NCBI GenBank assembly: GCA_038087875.1
Contig: CM075987.1
Location: 22,880,001 to 22,944,000, forward strand
Direction of reading: 5' to 3'
Length of the DNA stretch: 64,000 nt
Origin: Malacoraja senta
Taxonomy: Eukaryota
This document shows, in pieces, positions 1 to 14,400 of this stretch; positions within the stretch are counted from its first letter, which is position 1, and every line of letters begins with the position of its first letter. Below the pieces are notes generated by a model. It searched no databases, was not told where the DNA came from, and was given only the letters and a program-made list of their open reading frames with translations. Made by a program: the position numbers and the translations under genes.

Positions 1-587
1 GCGGAGGGGTATGTGGTTGTGAGCGACATCGCGCGGGGCTCCGAAATTTTTGTAGCGAACAAAATCTTCGCGCGCCAACGGCCTGTCGCGGAACTGACGG
101 CCAAAGTGGGACAGGCCCAGGACCCTGGCACGACGCAACGTCTCACCTTCAACAGCAGCAGAAGCAGGCAAACGATCGCCGAACTCGGCCTGGGGCTCAC
201 GGCCGTTGCTGATCCAGATCCTCCCCCACTTCTACTCCCAGAGCGGGGCCAAGAAAATTGAAGATGGAAACAAAATGCAGGAGTAACTCAGCGGGACCGG
301 CAGCATCTCTGGAGAGAAGCAATGGGTGACGTTTCGGGTCAAGACCCTTCTTTTCAGACTGAAGAAGAGTCTCGACATGAAACATCACCCATTGCTTCTC
401 TCCAGAGATGCTGCTGGTCTCGCTGAGTTACTCCAGCTTTGTGTCCATCTTCAAATGACGTCACGTGCTCCAGACGGCTGTGCGGGCGCATGAAATCGCA
501 CCCGACCTTTGCGGGACCGTCGCGGCTCAACGCGACCACGAGGTCGCGGAATTTGCGTGGCAAGGACACGTAAGTGGGACAGGCCCT
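1..587. mobile_element. Harbinger-like MITE, right part (left end outside the window); hosts a Penelope-derived palindrome at ~268-450
   Basis: Terminal aagtgggacaggccct shared with the other copies. Confidence 0.6.
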
Positions 588-680
588 TGACTGATATTAT
601 AAACACTCACTATTTGGGCATTCGCCCATGAAGATTGACCATGTGGCTGACACTGAAACCTTGATGTAAATGAACACTGA

Positions 681-2128
681 TCTTCTTCTTCTTGCGTATG
701 GCGTGCACAGCCTAAAGTTGTAGGTCCAGGGTGGACATCCAGGCCAGGACAGCATCAGTTGCTGGGTGGATGGGCTTTGATGCCACCAGGGAAAAGCCTC
801 AGTGGGCAGTCATTCGCGATGTGTGGGATGGTCTGGTCTGGATGTCCGCAGTCACAAGCAGGGCTGTCTGTCATCACCCACATGCAGGTGATGGTCTGGT
901 CTGGATGTCCGCAGTCACAAGCAGGGCTGTCTGTCATCCCCCACTTATGCAGGTGATGGGCTGCATTGGGGGGGTGCGGATTCTGTTCAGGGTTAGCCAT
1001 TGCTTGCGATGGAGGTCAAATCCTGGTGGTTTCACTGTGGGGTCTGGGATGACCTCTCCGTTGTTGGTGTTGGCATCTTTCCAGGCTCTGCGCCACTCAG
1101 TCTTGGAGTCAAAGTCTACCAGGGATTTAACGGAAGACCAGAAGGGTTTGTGGGGCTTCAGGCGCATGTTGGGCAGATTGTTCAAGTCAGCATGGATGGG
1201 AAGGTGAGGGCTAACCTCGATGGGGCACCAATCTTTCAACATCCTCTCCCTTCTGCGTATGCTGGGAGGGCCGATATGAGAGAGGACAGGGAGCCACTGC
1301 AAAGGTGTTGACTTAAGCGTCCCTGTGATGACCCACATTGCAGAGTTAAGGACAGTGTCAACTCTTTGATGTGGTAGCTATTGGCCCAAGCTGTTGAGCA
1401 AAACTCAGCTGTTGAGTAGACTAGGGCGAAGCTTGCGGTACGGGGGGTGTGTGCATTGGATCCCCAGCTGTTGCCTGCAGGTTTCCTGATGAAGTTGACC
1501 CTTGCTTTCAGTTTATCAGCCACCCTCTTCAGGTGTTCACGATATGCGAGGGTACGATCCAGGGTGACTCCGAGCTACTTGGGGAATTCTTTATTCTTCA
1601 CCGGCTTACCACAAAAGGACACTCGGAGCTTTGCATTGGCGAGCCGATTGCTGAGGTGAAGGGCAGTGACAGTTGTCTTAGATGGGTTAGGGCAAAGTCG
1701 CCAGAAGGTGAAGTACTCCTCCATCCCCCTTCAAGTCTTGGGTTAGCACTCTGCTGATATCCTCAAGGGCAGCTACCTGGTAGGCGAGGGCAAGGTCATC
1801 TGCATATGCAAACTTCCTGGACGAGGTGGTTGGGCATGTCACTCACATCAATGTTGAAGAGTAGGGGAGCTAGGACAGAGCCCTGGGGGAGACCATCATG
1901 CAGGGTCCTGACAGAGGTGGTCTGGTTCCCAAGCGTGACACTAAGTCTCCAGGGGCTGAGGGTGGATGAGAGGGCACGCATGCTGGTTTGGCACTTCAAG
2001 ATTCTGGAAGCTTTCAGCAACAGACCATGTTTCCACAGGGTGTCATAAGCTGATGACAGATCGATGAGAGCAACACCAGTTTTCAGGGCAGGTTGAAAGC
2101 CAGCCTCTATATTGGTAGTGAGGGCAAA
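681..2128 (-). mobile_element. Degenerate 5'-truncated non-LTR retrotransposon, RTE-X-like (RT plus C-terminal Cys/His motif, (GAA)n tail)
   Basis: Minus-strand peptides GLPQGSVLAPLLFNI, FAYADDL, YLGVTLDRTL and CDCGHPDQTIPHIANDC; frameshifted; internal ~63-bp tandem duplication at ~828-955; tail at 681-693. Confidence 0.8.
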
Positions 2129-2341
2129 GAAATGAGAAATGCAATTTCATGCATGGATATGCCTTAAAGGTGGACTGAGGAATCTCTGGAATTGGAGGCA
2201 ACGATACCAATTAATGTATAAGTATCATTGAATGGATAACCACAACGTTGTGAGTTCTGAGCTATGAATGTCTGGCTGCTGCTCCACGTTGGAACTGCCC
2301 TGAACTGAAATGTTAACTTTTTATTAATTTCCTCTGTTCAG

Positions 2342-2458
2342 TGTACATGGCCAGTGCCCGGATCATTCCAGTCCTCATCACTTTGCTGAACGTCCATCCG
2401 AAATGCTTGGAAATACAGGCTCAGGTGTGCCAGATTTTCCTTAAATTTGCAATTAAAG
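2342..2458 (+). CDS. STKLD1: STKLD1 exon (YMASARIIPVLITLLNVHPKCLEIQAQVCQIFLKFAIK)
   Basis: Acceptor ttcctctgttcag, donor gtaaga; 117 nt, phase 1-1. Confidence 0.8.
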
Positions 2459-5400
2459 GTAAGACAATTTCGCCACTTGAGCCCAACCTTGCAGTGTTTC
2501 TCGACTGTTGTATCTGTGCCAAAGGTTAGATGGCAATTTGAGCGTATGCTCCAAGCTGACTCTCCCATGTAGCACTGAGGGAGAGCTGGACTGTTGTGTA
2601 ATGAAGTCTGAGGGAAGCCTGCACTGTTGGCACTATTTAATTTTTTTTTAAACAAAAATAAATGTAATCAATTATTGCAAATATATATAATCCAAAACAA
2701 TACCAAACAATCAACCACCATCACCCAATTATCTAAACACATATTTTTAGTTTTAGTTTTTAGTTTTAATTAAGAGATACAGCACGGAAACAGGCCCTTC
2801 GGCCCACCGGGTCTGCACCGACCAGCGATCCCCGCACATTAACACTATCCTACACCCACTAGGGACAACTTTTACATTTACACCAAGCCAATTAACCTAC
2901 AAACCTGTATGTCTTTGGAGTGTGGGAGGAATCCGAAGATCTCTGAGAAAACCGTCACGGGGAGAACGTACAAACTCCGTGCAGACAGCACCCGTAGTCG
3001 GGATCGAACCCGGGTCTCCAGCGCTGCATTCGCTGTAAGGCGGCAACTCTACCGCTGCGCCACCGTGTCTGCCCGGTTCTTGTCAAGGATACATTCCACC
3101 CCCATGCGGTGCCCAGCGGTCCTGGAAACCCCCAGGGTGCCTGTGGACAGCGCGTAGTCCCTTTATAATACCACACGGGTGCAGACATAACCCCGGAAAA
3201 GGGGCTTGGGCAACTGTTGGCACTGTTGCAGAGGCAGTATTGAGGGAGTTCTGCATAGTCATTGGCATTACTGAGAGAGTACTGCCTTTTCAGTGCAATG
3301 TTACACTGTGGTCGGCACTAAAGGAGCTCCGTAATATCAAAAGGACATCATTGAGAGGATGCTGCACTATCATTAGATCAGTACTGCTGTGTCGAATTAG
3401 GCAGTATTGGCAAAGTGATGCTGAACTTCAGCGAGAGGCGGCAAAAAAAATCGCAGCCTGAATTTAAAGGAGAGGTGATTTCTTGAGTTTCCTGATCAGT
3501 ATATCTTGAACAACTAACAGAAAATTTGCAACAACTTCACAGGAATTTTGCTCCGATTTTTCTTTGATTTTTGTTCTCCTGCAGCCACGGAGCTCAGTGT
3601 GGAGGATAGCATTCTGTACAGTGAGCCTGTGATCAACGTTGTTCTGTCACTGATGGAGTCACAGCGCAAGTTCCTGGAGCTCCAGATGCTCATTTGCAAA
3701 CTTCTCATGGTGCTGTCAGGCAGCGGTAAGTCTGGATGCTGACATGTTTCGAGCAGTGTTGCATGAGTCCACCTGGCGATTTGATACCTGCATCGCTAAC
3801 ACTTTCTAAAGGGCCTTGTCCCACTTTCACGACCTCTACCGAGTTTGCCCTTGACTCATACTCGCAGCATGGTCGACACGAGGTTGTAGGCAGGTCATAG
3901 GAGGTCGTAGTTAGGGCGTAGCAGGTCGTGATGCTAGTCGTAGGTACTTGTGGCATCAAGTAGGTCGGGGCGTTTTTTTTCAACATGATGAAAAATGTCC
4001 ACGAGTAAAAAAGGTCGTGAATTAGGTCGTGAAAGTGGGACAGGCCCTTAAGTCTGTACTCATGTTTAATGATACAATTTATTTGTTGTCATTTGAACCT
4101 CATTGAGGTTCAAACGAAATTTGGTTTCTGCAGTCATACAAACAAGTAGAAGAACCAAGACACAACACAATTTACACAAACATCCATCACAGCGAATCTC
4201 CTCCTCGCTGTGATGGAAGGCAAAGTCTTGTCTCTCCCCTGCACTCCCCATTCTCCTCCCGATGTCAAAGTCAAAGCCCCCGGCGGGCGAAGTAAGTCCC
4301 GCGGCCATTCAGGCCGCGCCGGGCAATGCAAGGCCGCCCTCCGGGTCTTGATGTTGGAGCCCCCGGTAGCGCTAGCAAGTCCCGCGGCCATTAAAGCCGC
4401 GCTAGGCGATGTTAGACCCAGCTCCAGGTCATCTTCAACCCCGCAACTCGGGCGGGAGAAGTCGCCGTTGCGGGAGCCCCGAAAAGCGGTCTCCCACCAG
4501 GGACCCGCGAGCTCCCGATGTTACCGTCCACCAGATCTGCGGCTGGAGCCTCTGAATCTCCGGGGCCGGGTCACAGCCGCGCGCCACCGCAGCTCTCCAC
4601 GCTCCGAACTCGGCCAGCTCCGCTATAGTCCGCAGGCTCCGCGACTGGAGCCCCAGGTCGTTCTGGTTGGAGGCCGCTCCACGGTGCTAGGCCCCAACGA
4701 CAACGGAGACCCGACAGAGAAAGGTCGGGTCCTCCATACAGGGACAAGATTTTAAACGTTTCCCCACCCACCCCCCACCCATACATACCCAGTTTAAAAA
4801 AAACACTATACACTACACTCAAACGAGACAAAAAATTAAAAAAAGACAGACGGACTGCAGAGGCCGCTGTGACGTGAGTCGTGCCGCCCAACATGTACTC
4901 ATCATCTGGGGAACAAGAGGCACATTTGTCTTATTTTGTCCACTCATTATTAACAAGGACCTTTCCTCCTTATCTGTACTGCACCAGGCTGGAGAGCGTT
5001 TGATGGAACCTTTTCTGAGTGGATTTATCCTAGCAATGCTTAATCGGTGCCTCTGGTTCAGGGGGGGTGGGGGTCGTGTGTCGGCACCTGATAGCAACCC
5101 AAGGTCACGACGAACCATCGGCTCTAGAGGGCGGCGTCTTGGTGGGGGAGGCGCGAGTCACAGGGTCGGTACCTGAGTTGTTATTTAAGGCCGGGCAACA
5201 CCCGTGTCAGCTGAGGAGTAGGGAGCTGTAAGCAGAAGAGTAAACACGTCTAGAGCACACAACTTGTGTCCGACTAGTTTTTGGCTGGACTCCTGCCAGT
5301 CCCCGCCACAACAGCTCTTCGTTACGCTGCGCTGATCTGGGAGATGCTCACGGGTGAAATAGTGTGAACTTAAATCTCTCTCCTGTGCTGCCCTTGGGTA

Positions 5401-8400
5401 GAGAGAGCTTTACCCACTGAGAGAGTGATTGGGCAATGTAGAATGTATGGTCTATATCTAACCCATGTTGTTCCCGTTGTGGATATAATTGATGGGGAAG
5501 AGTAATGGGAGCTTTACTCTTATCTAATTCATGCTCATTGTCCCTGGAAGATTTTAATATGACTGTGTGGAGGAAGCCTGTTCAGTTAGACAAAAATGCT
5601 GGAGAAACTCAGCGGGTGAGGCGGCATCTACGGAGCGAAGGAATATATTCCTTCGCTCCATAGATGCTGCCTCACCTGCTGAGTTTCTCCAGCATTTTTG
5701 TCTACCTTCGATTTTTCCAGCATCTGCAGTTCTTTCTTAATCAAGCCAGTTTAGTTATGCTTGTGTGACCTGGATCTAAACCCAACTGTGATTGGATTGT
5801 TATGAGGTCAAAATAGGAACATGATGTCTGATCTGGTGTGTTATTATCCGAACCCAATGAAAACCGTGGCACTTCCTTACAGAGTCGTCTGGAAAGCTAA
5901 TCGGACGAGCTAAAGGGATCCAGTCAATCCTGATGACATTGAGAATGTACATTGATTCCAGTCACATCTGCATCCCCTGCTGCGGTGCCATCTGGAGTCT
6001 CGTCACCAACAGTGAGTCCTCGCTCGTTCTCCTCCTTCCGGTTGTAATTTGGGATAGGAAAGGGAAAGATAAGTATATACAATTTAGGTTACAATGATAA
6101 AGGAGATTTAGAGAATCTTCACTTTAGAGAAACAGGCCCTTCGGCCCACCGAGTCCGCGCCAACCAGCGATCACCCCGTACACTAACACTCGTCCTACAC
6201 ACACTCGGGACAATTTACAATTTTACAGAAGCCAATTAACCTGCAAACTTGGAGTGTGGGAGGAAACCGGAGCACCTGGGGAAAACCCACGCAGGTCACA
6301 GGGAGAACGTACAAACTCCTTAAAGACTGCACCATTAGTCGGGATCGAACCAGGGTCTCTGGCGCTGTAAGACAGCAGCTCTACTGCTGCGCCACTGTGC
6401 CGCCCCCATGCTGGTGGGAGAATAAACACTGACTTGGACCTGATGTGTAAATCACATCAATTTGGTACATTCTACGTGCTATATGGTCAATATGGAATAG
6501 GAGTAAGGAATGGATCTAAGGTCCACTAAGCTTTTCGTAGGATTATGGAGTAAGACATTCAAAGACCCAAACTGCTGGAGTAACTCATCTGGTCAGGCAG
6601 TATGTCAGAAAAACATGGATAGGTGACATTTTTGGTCGTGACTACTTCTTCAGAGTAAGGCATTCAGTTCCTTTAAGTCTTTTCTGCTTTTTAATTAGTG
6701 GACATTTTGTAACTTAGTTCCCACCTATTTGCTTGGTTGCTTGCTCTTATTTCCCCTACCCAACAAAAATCATCGATCCCAGACCATAAGCACACTTTGC
6801 AGGGGATGATCTAACATTTTAATTATTCTTGTGGAGTCGTGCTCTAAGTGACCAAGCTCTGATATCAGAGCATTAGATCATGCCCTTTGCCTTAGCCTCA
6901 TACACTTGGGGCAAATAATTTCTGCCCATTTACATCGTCCCTTAACTATCTTAACTATAAAAATGATCTTTTTACCACAATTATTATACATATTTCAATC
7001 TATACCATTATATATACCAATTTTTTTTTTTTTTTAAACTAGACTCTAATATTACTAATTTTATTTGGGACTATAAATCACACAGAATTAAAAAAAAACA
7101 CTTATGTAAACCAAAAGTTGTCGGGGGACTTTCACTTCCGAACTTTTTGTATTACTATTGGGCAGTGCATATTAAGAATATAATTTACTGGTTAGACAGT
7201 TCTACCCAACAGACAGAATGGATAAGAAAGGAGAAAGAGGATTGTTCCGCTTGTAACATAGGAGCGATCCTCTTCTCCCCGATAAAACTGAACAACATAA
7301 TATATAAGAATAACCCAATTATACACGATACAATAAGAATTTGGAAACAAATAAAATTATCTTTAAAATTGAGAAATCTATCATTGTTAATGCCAATAGT
7401 GAATAATCCTTCATTTAAACCATCTCTTATTGATAAAACATATAACCAATGGGAAAGAATGGGAATTAAAAGGATCGGTGATAGGTATGAAATGGGAAAC
7501 TTGTTACCATTCCAACAATTACAATTACAATTTAAACGAAAAAATAACCAATATTTTAAATATCTTCAGATTTGCGACATCATGAAGAAATACATACAAA
7601 GATATCAAAACATTTATATAGGCAAACATGGGAAAATGAACTAAACCAAACAATAACGAAAGATACTTGGGATGAAAGTTTACAACATATACATCAATGT
7701 TCATTAAATGCCAGACACCCTCTAATACAATTCAAAGTACTACATAGATTACATTATTCTAAAACAAAACTAAACAGAATCTTCCCACATATCTCCCCTA
7801 TTTGTGATAAATGTCAACATTTAGATGCTAACCTAACTCATACATTCGCGAATTGTATAAAAATCAAAACATTTTGGGCAGACATTTTTAGAATAATATC
7901 TATAGTTGTCAACACTCAATTGGATCCTGATTCAAAATTAATACAACTAGGAATATTAGAACAAAGTCAAACACTTACAACAACTCAAAGAAACTTTATC
8001 GATTATAGTATAATAACTGGAAAAAAATTAATATTAAAATTTTGGAAAGGTCCTATAACCCCCACAATTAAAATGTGGATTATGGAAATGTCGGAGACCT
8101 TATATTTGGAAAGAATTAGATTTGTCCTAATGGACAAACAAGAACTATTTATCAGAACATGGTCTCCATTTATTGACTACTTGAAGGGACAGACTGGTTC
8201 GACACGAGAACCTGACTGAAACTCGAATCAAGGATTAGATGAAAAGTTATATTTTAAAATGTACGAATATATCTCCAATGTTGTACTTTTAGTAAGTTAT
8301 TCCATTCTTCTTTATTATCCCTTTTTTTCTTTTTCTGCTATTCTCTTATTTTCTATCTATATAAAAAAAAACTACTAGAGGCAGCGCGAATATCGATCGA

Positions 8401-11400
8401 TAATATTAGTAATTTAGGAATGAAATACATGAAATGTTTTCAATATGATATGTACCTGCTTCTAATAAAAATATTATTAAAAAAAAATAAAAAAAGATAT
8501 CAAAACATAATTTTTGATCCACTGGAAGAAGCAATGAATATTAAGGCTGACTCACAGAAATTAATATCATATTTATATAATAGTATTTTAAATATAGACC
8601 TACCATCGACAGAGGTACTTAGAGAAGAGTGGGAACGGGAATTAATGATAACAATTCCGAAGGAAACATGGGAAAAGTATTTGATATACATACACAAATG
8701 TTCGATTAATGTAAGACATAATTTAATTCAATTTCAAATTTTACATAGATTATATTATTCAAAAACTAGATTGAATAAATTCTATCCAAATATGTCCCCC
8801 ATTTGTGATAAATGTCTATCCCAAAACGCAACTATAACACACTCTTTTGTTTCCTGCATAAAACTTTATAAATTTTGGAGTGATATTTTTGAAATATTTA
8901 CAAAATTATTTAAGATAAAAATGGAACCTAATACTGAAATGATTATATTTGGAGTAATGGAAGACGGGAATAAATTGAACTCATCTCAAATTTTTTTTTT
9001 TAATTATGGTTTAATAACGGCAAAAAAACGAATCCTTAAATTTTGGAAAAATACACCAATACCAACGCTTAAAATGTGGATTTCAAGCATGTTGGACACC
9101 GCACATCTTGAGGAAATGCGATTCCTCCTAATAGATAAATCAGACCAATTCTTAACGGGTTGGTCTCCATTTGTCGTCTTTTTGGAAGCCTATGGTGCAA
9201 CAGAATCGTAGAAGCTAACTGTTCCAGGACTGGGTGAGGGATGGTCAAGATTATAAATAACGATCTCCTTAATCTCTTACTTGCTACTCTTTTTCTTTCT
9301 ATCTTCTTTTCTTCACTTTTCTTCTTTCACCCTTTTTTCTTTCTCACACACTATATATCACACGTTTTTCTATCTTTAATTATCTATTCTCTCTTTTTCT
9401 TTTTCATTATAAAAAAAATAAGAAGAAGAAGCTGTACATAAAATGTATGATGTCAATATATATTAGGCACTTTGGTGACATATGATTGTACTTACTTCTA
9501 ATAAAATAAAAATATTTTAAAAAAACAAAAAACTATCTGCAGCTCTTTCATTAAGCCGTCTTAACTCAGGAGAATACAAACCTGGTCTTCACAATCCATC
9601 TTTAAAACATAACCGTTAGTCCTAATGACATTTGGTAAATCTCCATTCCTGCTACTCCAGACCAAAACTGCATAACCCAGACATGAGGATTTTGTGTTGT
9701 TAGGTTGCAGTGAAGTTCAACATTCCTCTAGTCTTTTCTACCTACGCACTAACTTTTAAAGGTTTTTGGACTCGTAAATCCCTCTATTCATCACAGTTCC
9801 TAGCTCTTGGCTACTTGGAAAACACGCTGATCTTTCATCCTTTGATTTACATTCACCAAACACAATTCAATCCGCCTGAATATTGCCCCTTCGTTTAATC
9901 TATCAATATGTAGAGTGGAGTGTAGATGATGATCGAGCTAGGCCAATACTGGGCCCTACTGCAGTGGCATAGTGAATGAAAGGCCATCCAGCGTGCACTG
10001 TGCAACTCAGCAGCCTGGGGTATCAGGAAAGGAGGTCGGTTGTGGATCCAACACTGTACAAGAGTCAGAGGCTTTATATATTTATTCACTCCTTTCAGGA
10101 CAACCTAAAGCACTTTACTAGATGATAGTGATCATATTACTTGCTTTCCTGTGATCCCCAATTGACGGGAATTGTGCAGGTCCAGGGAAAAATACCAAAC
10201 TCTTCTTCAAAATCCAACACCTCCTACAACACAGGGAGACTTTTTGATGCATCAGATTAATGCCAGGTCGATTATGCACCATTGCAAATGAAGGCAGGCT
10301 TTGGCTTCAAAAATAGTATCTACAATAATAGCCTGTTCCAACGTTAGCCTTGGTTATACAAACACATCTCAACTGAAGCAAAACACATAATGCTGTGGAA
10401 TCTCAGTGGGTCAGGCACCTGTAGTGGAGGGAATGGACTGACGATGTTTAGGGTCTGGACTCCTTCTTCAGATCCTTGTGTCTCCAAATCTCAAGAGAGG
10501 TAGTTGTACCCATGACCTCTGATGCAAGGGCAACGGGACTGCTCACTGAACAGTGGCCAGCACTATCTCAGGAAAGAAGCGGGGCTCGCCTGCTGTCCGC
10601 TCTCAAGTGAATTATTTGGAGAGATCGTGGAATAGAATTACCGTGTTGACTGTGTCCTTGTTTCCCCGTTTCCCCCGTAGAAATGAATGCACGGACAGCA
10701 CATTTGGAAGGAGCCCTGGAGACCGTTTGGCAGGTTCTGGAGATTCATCTTCAGAATGGTGACGTGGTGGAGACGGCCTGCTTAGCTCTGTGGACTTTAT
10801 CCTTGGAGGGTTAGTCCCGAATCCTTGTCACCACAAAGCATATACACTTGATCAAAAAAGCTTAAAAAACACGTGATGTAGAGATCCAAAGAAAGGCACA
10901 CCATGTCAAACAGTGTCTGCACACATGACGTACTAAACATGTGGCAAATCTCATCATGGATGCACACCAAATGATTTGTGCTATCACTCTTCTTGCATGT
11001 CATGTACTGTTATCTGGGTGAATGTAGGCCATAGACATTGCGTGCTGGATTTTGTGTTGTACTCAGTAACTCAGTCCATTGAGCTTTTCTCAATCTGTAT
11101 CTCAATACCTTCCAGTCTATGTGTGGAGTCATCATGGGAGAGGGTCACATTCCATGTCTAGCCAATGTCCACTCACGCCCATGTCCATCTCTCCCTTGGG
11201 CTTCAACCAGCTACATCCACGTATTCACCCAATCCCCACTCTGCCCCACAGATTGCATGACTTCCTCAGCTTTACAACTGCTGTCATACTTTCTCTTCAG
11301 AGACGCTGTCTGATGCACAGTTTGAAGATATCACTCTACTCCTGCTTGGGGCATTTGAGCTCCATAAACGAAAAGAAAATAGCGTCAGAAACATCTGCCT

Positions 11401-14400
11401 TTGCCTATCCAGCCTGATTCGATTATCAGGTAAGATTTAGAGATGAGTTCTTCGTGCAGTGCTATTTAATACTCGGCCCAGCTATGCTTTCCCTTTGATT
11501 TTTCGTATGCTATCCTGTCCAAGAGAACTGCAGGTGCTTCATCAATCCTATTGCATTGAATTTGCAAGCTACCCAGCTTCTCTTCCTGGATATCTTCAGG
11601 TTCTCAGGTTTGCTGCGAATGTTTCTGTGTCTTCAGGTGGTATCACCTTCCACTGTATCTACATTGTCAGACTCTTAGCCAGTGTCAGGCAAGTTGATGG
11701 ACAGAAATTTCCCCCAGCTAAATACCGAGAAGACTGAAGACATCGTGTTTGGTCACAGTTACAGATTATGTTCACCAGTCACTGACTCTGTCCTACACCC
11801 TGGCAATTATAGAAACGTAGAAAATAGGTGCAGGAGTAGGCCATTCGGCCCTTCAGGCCAGCACCGCCATTCAACATGATCACGGCTGATCATCCCAAAT
11901 CAGTACCCTGTTCCTGCTTTCTCTCCATATCCCCCGATTCCGTTAGCCCGGAGAGCTCTATCTAACTCCCTCGTGAAAACATCCAGTGAATTGGCCTCCA
12001 CTGCCTTCTGTGGCAGAGAATTCCACAGATTCACAACTCTCTGTGTGAAAAAGTTTTTCCTCATCTCAGTTCTAAATAGCCTACCCCTTATTCTTAAACT
12101 GTGACCCCTGGTTCTGGACTCCCCCAACATCGGGAACATTTTTCCTGCATCTAGTCTGTAGAATTTTATATGTTTCTATAAGATCCCCTTTAAATTCCAG
12201 TGAGTATAAGCCCAGTTGATCCATTCTTTCATCATATGTCAGTCCCGCCATCCTGGGAATAAACCTGGCGAACCTACACTGCACTCCCTCAATAGCAAGA
12301 ATGTCCTTCTTCAAATTAGGAGATCAAAACTGCACACAATACTCCAGGTGTGGTCTCACCAGGGGCCCTGTACAACTGCAGAAGAACCTCTTTGCTCCTA
12401 TACTTCAAATGCTCTCACTATGAAGGCAAACACGGCATTTGCTTTCTTCACTGCCTACTGTACCTGCATGCTTACCTATTCATGGACTTGTTGTATTTAA
12501 CCTCAAGTTGGACCTCTGGTCACCTATCCATGCCAGTTTCCACCACACTGGAACAACCTGCCATCCATAAACATCTGTTCATCCTCAGCTCTAACCCTCT
12601 TACATACCGTTAAATGAACCACTCCAGTTATTTGTCTCCTTTTTTTGAGCCTATGTCAGCGGGATTATCCAGCACTGCTTGAGCCTTTTCATAAACTGGA
12701 CCAAATTCCTCTACAAAGGTCAGCCATCGTTCTCCGCCTGTTCCACCGTTGAGGTCTTGGTTGGATTGCTCTTTGTCTGGGACCTCCCCCTCGACCTTAC
12801 TGCCATGGGTGGCCCTACCAGGAGCATAGCTCCAGACGGCATCGCTCTCAGGACCACACAAGCTTCTCCACCACGACAAGGTGACAATCCAGGGAGAAGC
12901 ATTTTATGCCTATCTTTGGTGCAAACAGGCATCTGCAGTTCCTTCGTAACAACTAATACCAAGACTGAATTTTGAAATCTTTAAGATTACCAGGAAGACC
13001 ACAGGAACAAAGGGTCAGTTAATGCACTGAGTCTAGATGTAAAGGTCAGGAAGGGAGGTGATGTGGGGTTGTGTCTAAGACACCCATTCTGGATCCTTTA
13101 CTCTCTTCCTTTCAGAGCTGGTGGCCTTCCGAATTCTGGTGCCGGACATGCAGTATGATGGGCTGAAAGTGCTGGTGCGGAGTTACTACTTCCACCAGAA
13201 TGACTCTGAAGTGGTACAGACTATCTGCATGGTGTTTCAAGACATGGCGCAGTACGGTGGGTTCAAATATATGGCTAGTTGCAAGGGAGGAGAGAGTGAA
13301 AGATGACGTTGGGAACAGGACAGTACGGAGGGAGTGGGTGGAGGGATGGAGGGGAGTATGGGGGCAATTGGCTGAGATCAGGTTTACGAGAGAGAGAGAG
13401 AGAGGGAGGAATGGAGAGGAGAATATACTTCCCAAATGGTAGCTGTATAATTCCCTGGCTAATAATTGACTGGGATAACTTCTACTGTAAGTCCTGTTGC
13501 AGGTGCAGAACCCACTTCCCTGCTGCAGGCCCCTGAGGCTTGAAACAAGGTGAAGACCACACTGGGGGGGCAAGGTTTAGTTTCTCCTCGTCCCTGATGC
13601 CAGAGTAAATCTTCACAAAGTACGGTGCTGAATTACTAGAACTGTTTGAGTATTTATCCTCCTATTAGCTGTCATTGGGAGCGGTGAATCAAAGCACTGG
13701 TAAGTTTGTTGGATACCTTGTCCAGACAAATACTACAAGGGCAACACTGAGGGAAAGTTGCACTGTCAGAGGTTCCAATTCTTTGAACGAACTGCTACTG
13801 AAGGGCCTGTCCCACTGTACGAGGTAATTCAAGAGTTCTCCCGAGTTTCCCCTGATTCGAACTCGGAGAATGACGGTAATACCCGCTCGTAGGTACTCGG
13901 GGCTCTCGTGGACATTTTTCAACATGTTGAAAAAACCTCACGAGCTTACCGCGTTTCCCGAGTACCTGCCTTTAGCGTTACGAGCCGCTAAGAGACGTCC
14001 CGAGCTCCTACGTACCCTCTACGTACTTACCACGAGCTTGATTTTTTTTTAAACTCGGGAGAGCTCTTGCGTAAACTCGTATAGTGAGACAGGCCCTTAA
14101 CATGACCATTCCCATGGAGTGACAAGATCCCAATGTACTATTTTGAAGTGCAGGTAAGTTATTCCTGGTCTCTTTGGCGAACATTTATCCTTCAGTCAAC
14201 AATCACAAATATTTTTGCAGGGCGTGGGAGCTTGCTGCTTTTCCAGACATTACCGTAACACTTCAAAACACACACACAGGCACAGCCTATGAGGCAGCAG
14301 CCACACAGGGTTCAGGGACTTGTTCTCCCTGTAAAGGGGCTGTCCCACTGCGGCGACCTAATCCGCGAGTTATGAAGAGTGCCTTCGACCTTCAAACTCG

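Noticed and set aside
4958..5046. Possible additional STKLD1 exon (AGERLMEPFLSGFILAMLNR) after AG sites at 4957 and 4987
   Set aside because: That peptide needs a phase-0 acceptor, while the flanking exons need phase 1. From 4988 the phase-1 frame hits TAA, and 3725 joins 5883 in frame without it.
7147..9211. Host genes from the 165-, 215- and 263-aa ORFs
   Set aside because: They are L1 ORF2 C-terminal fragments with poly-A tails and TSDs, lacking the RT core and endonuclease.
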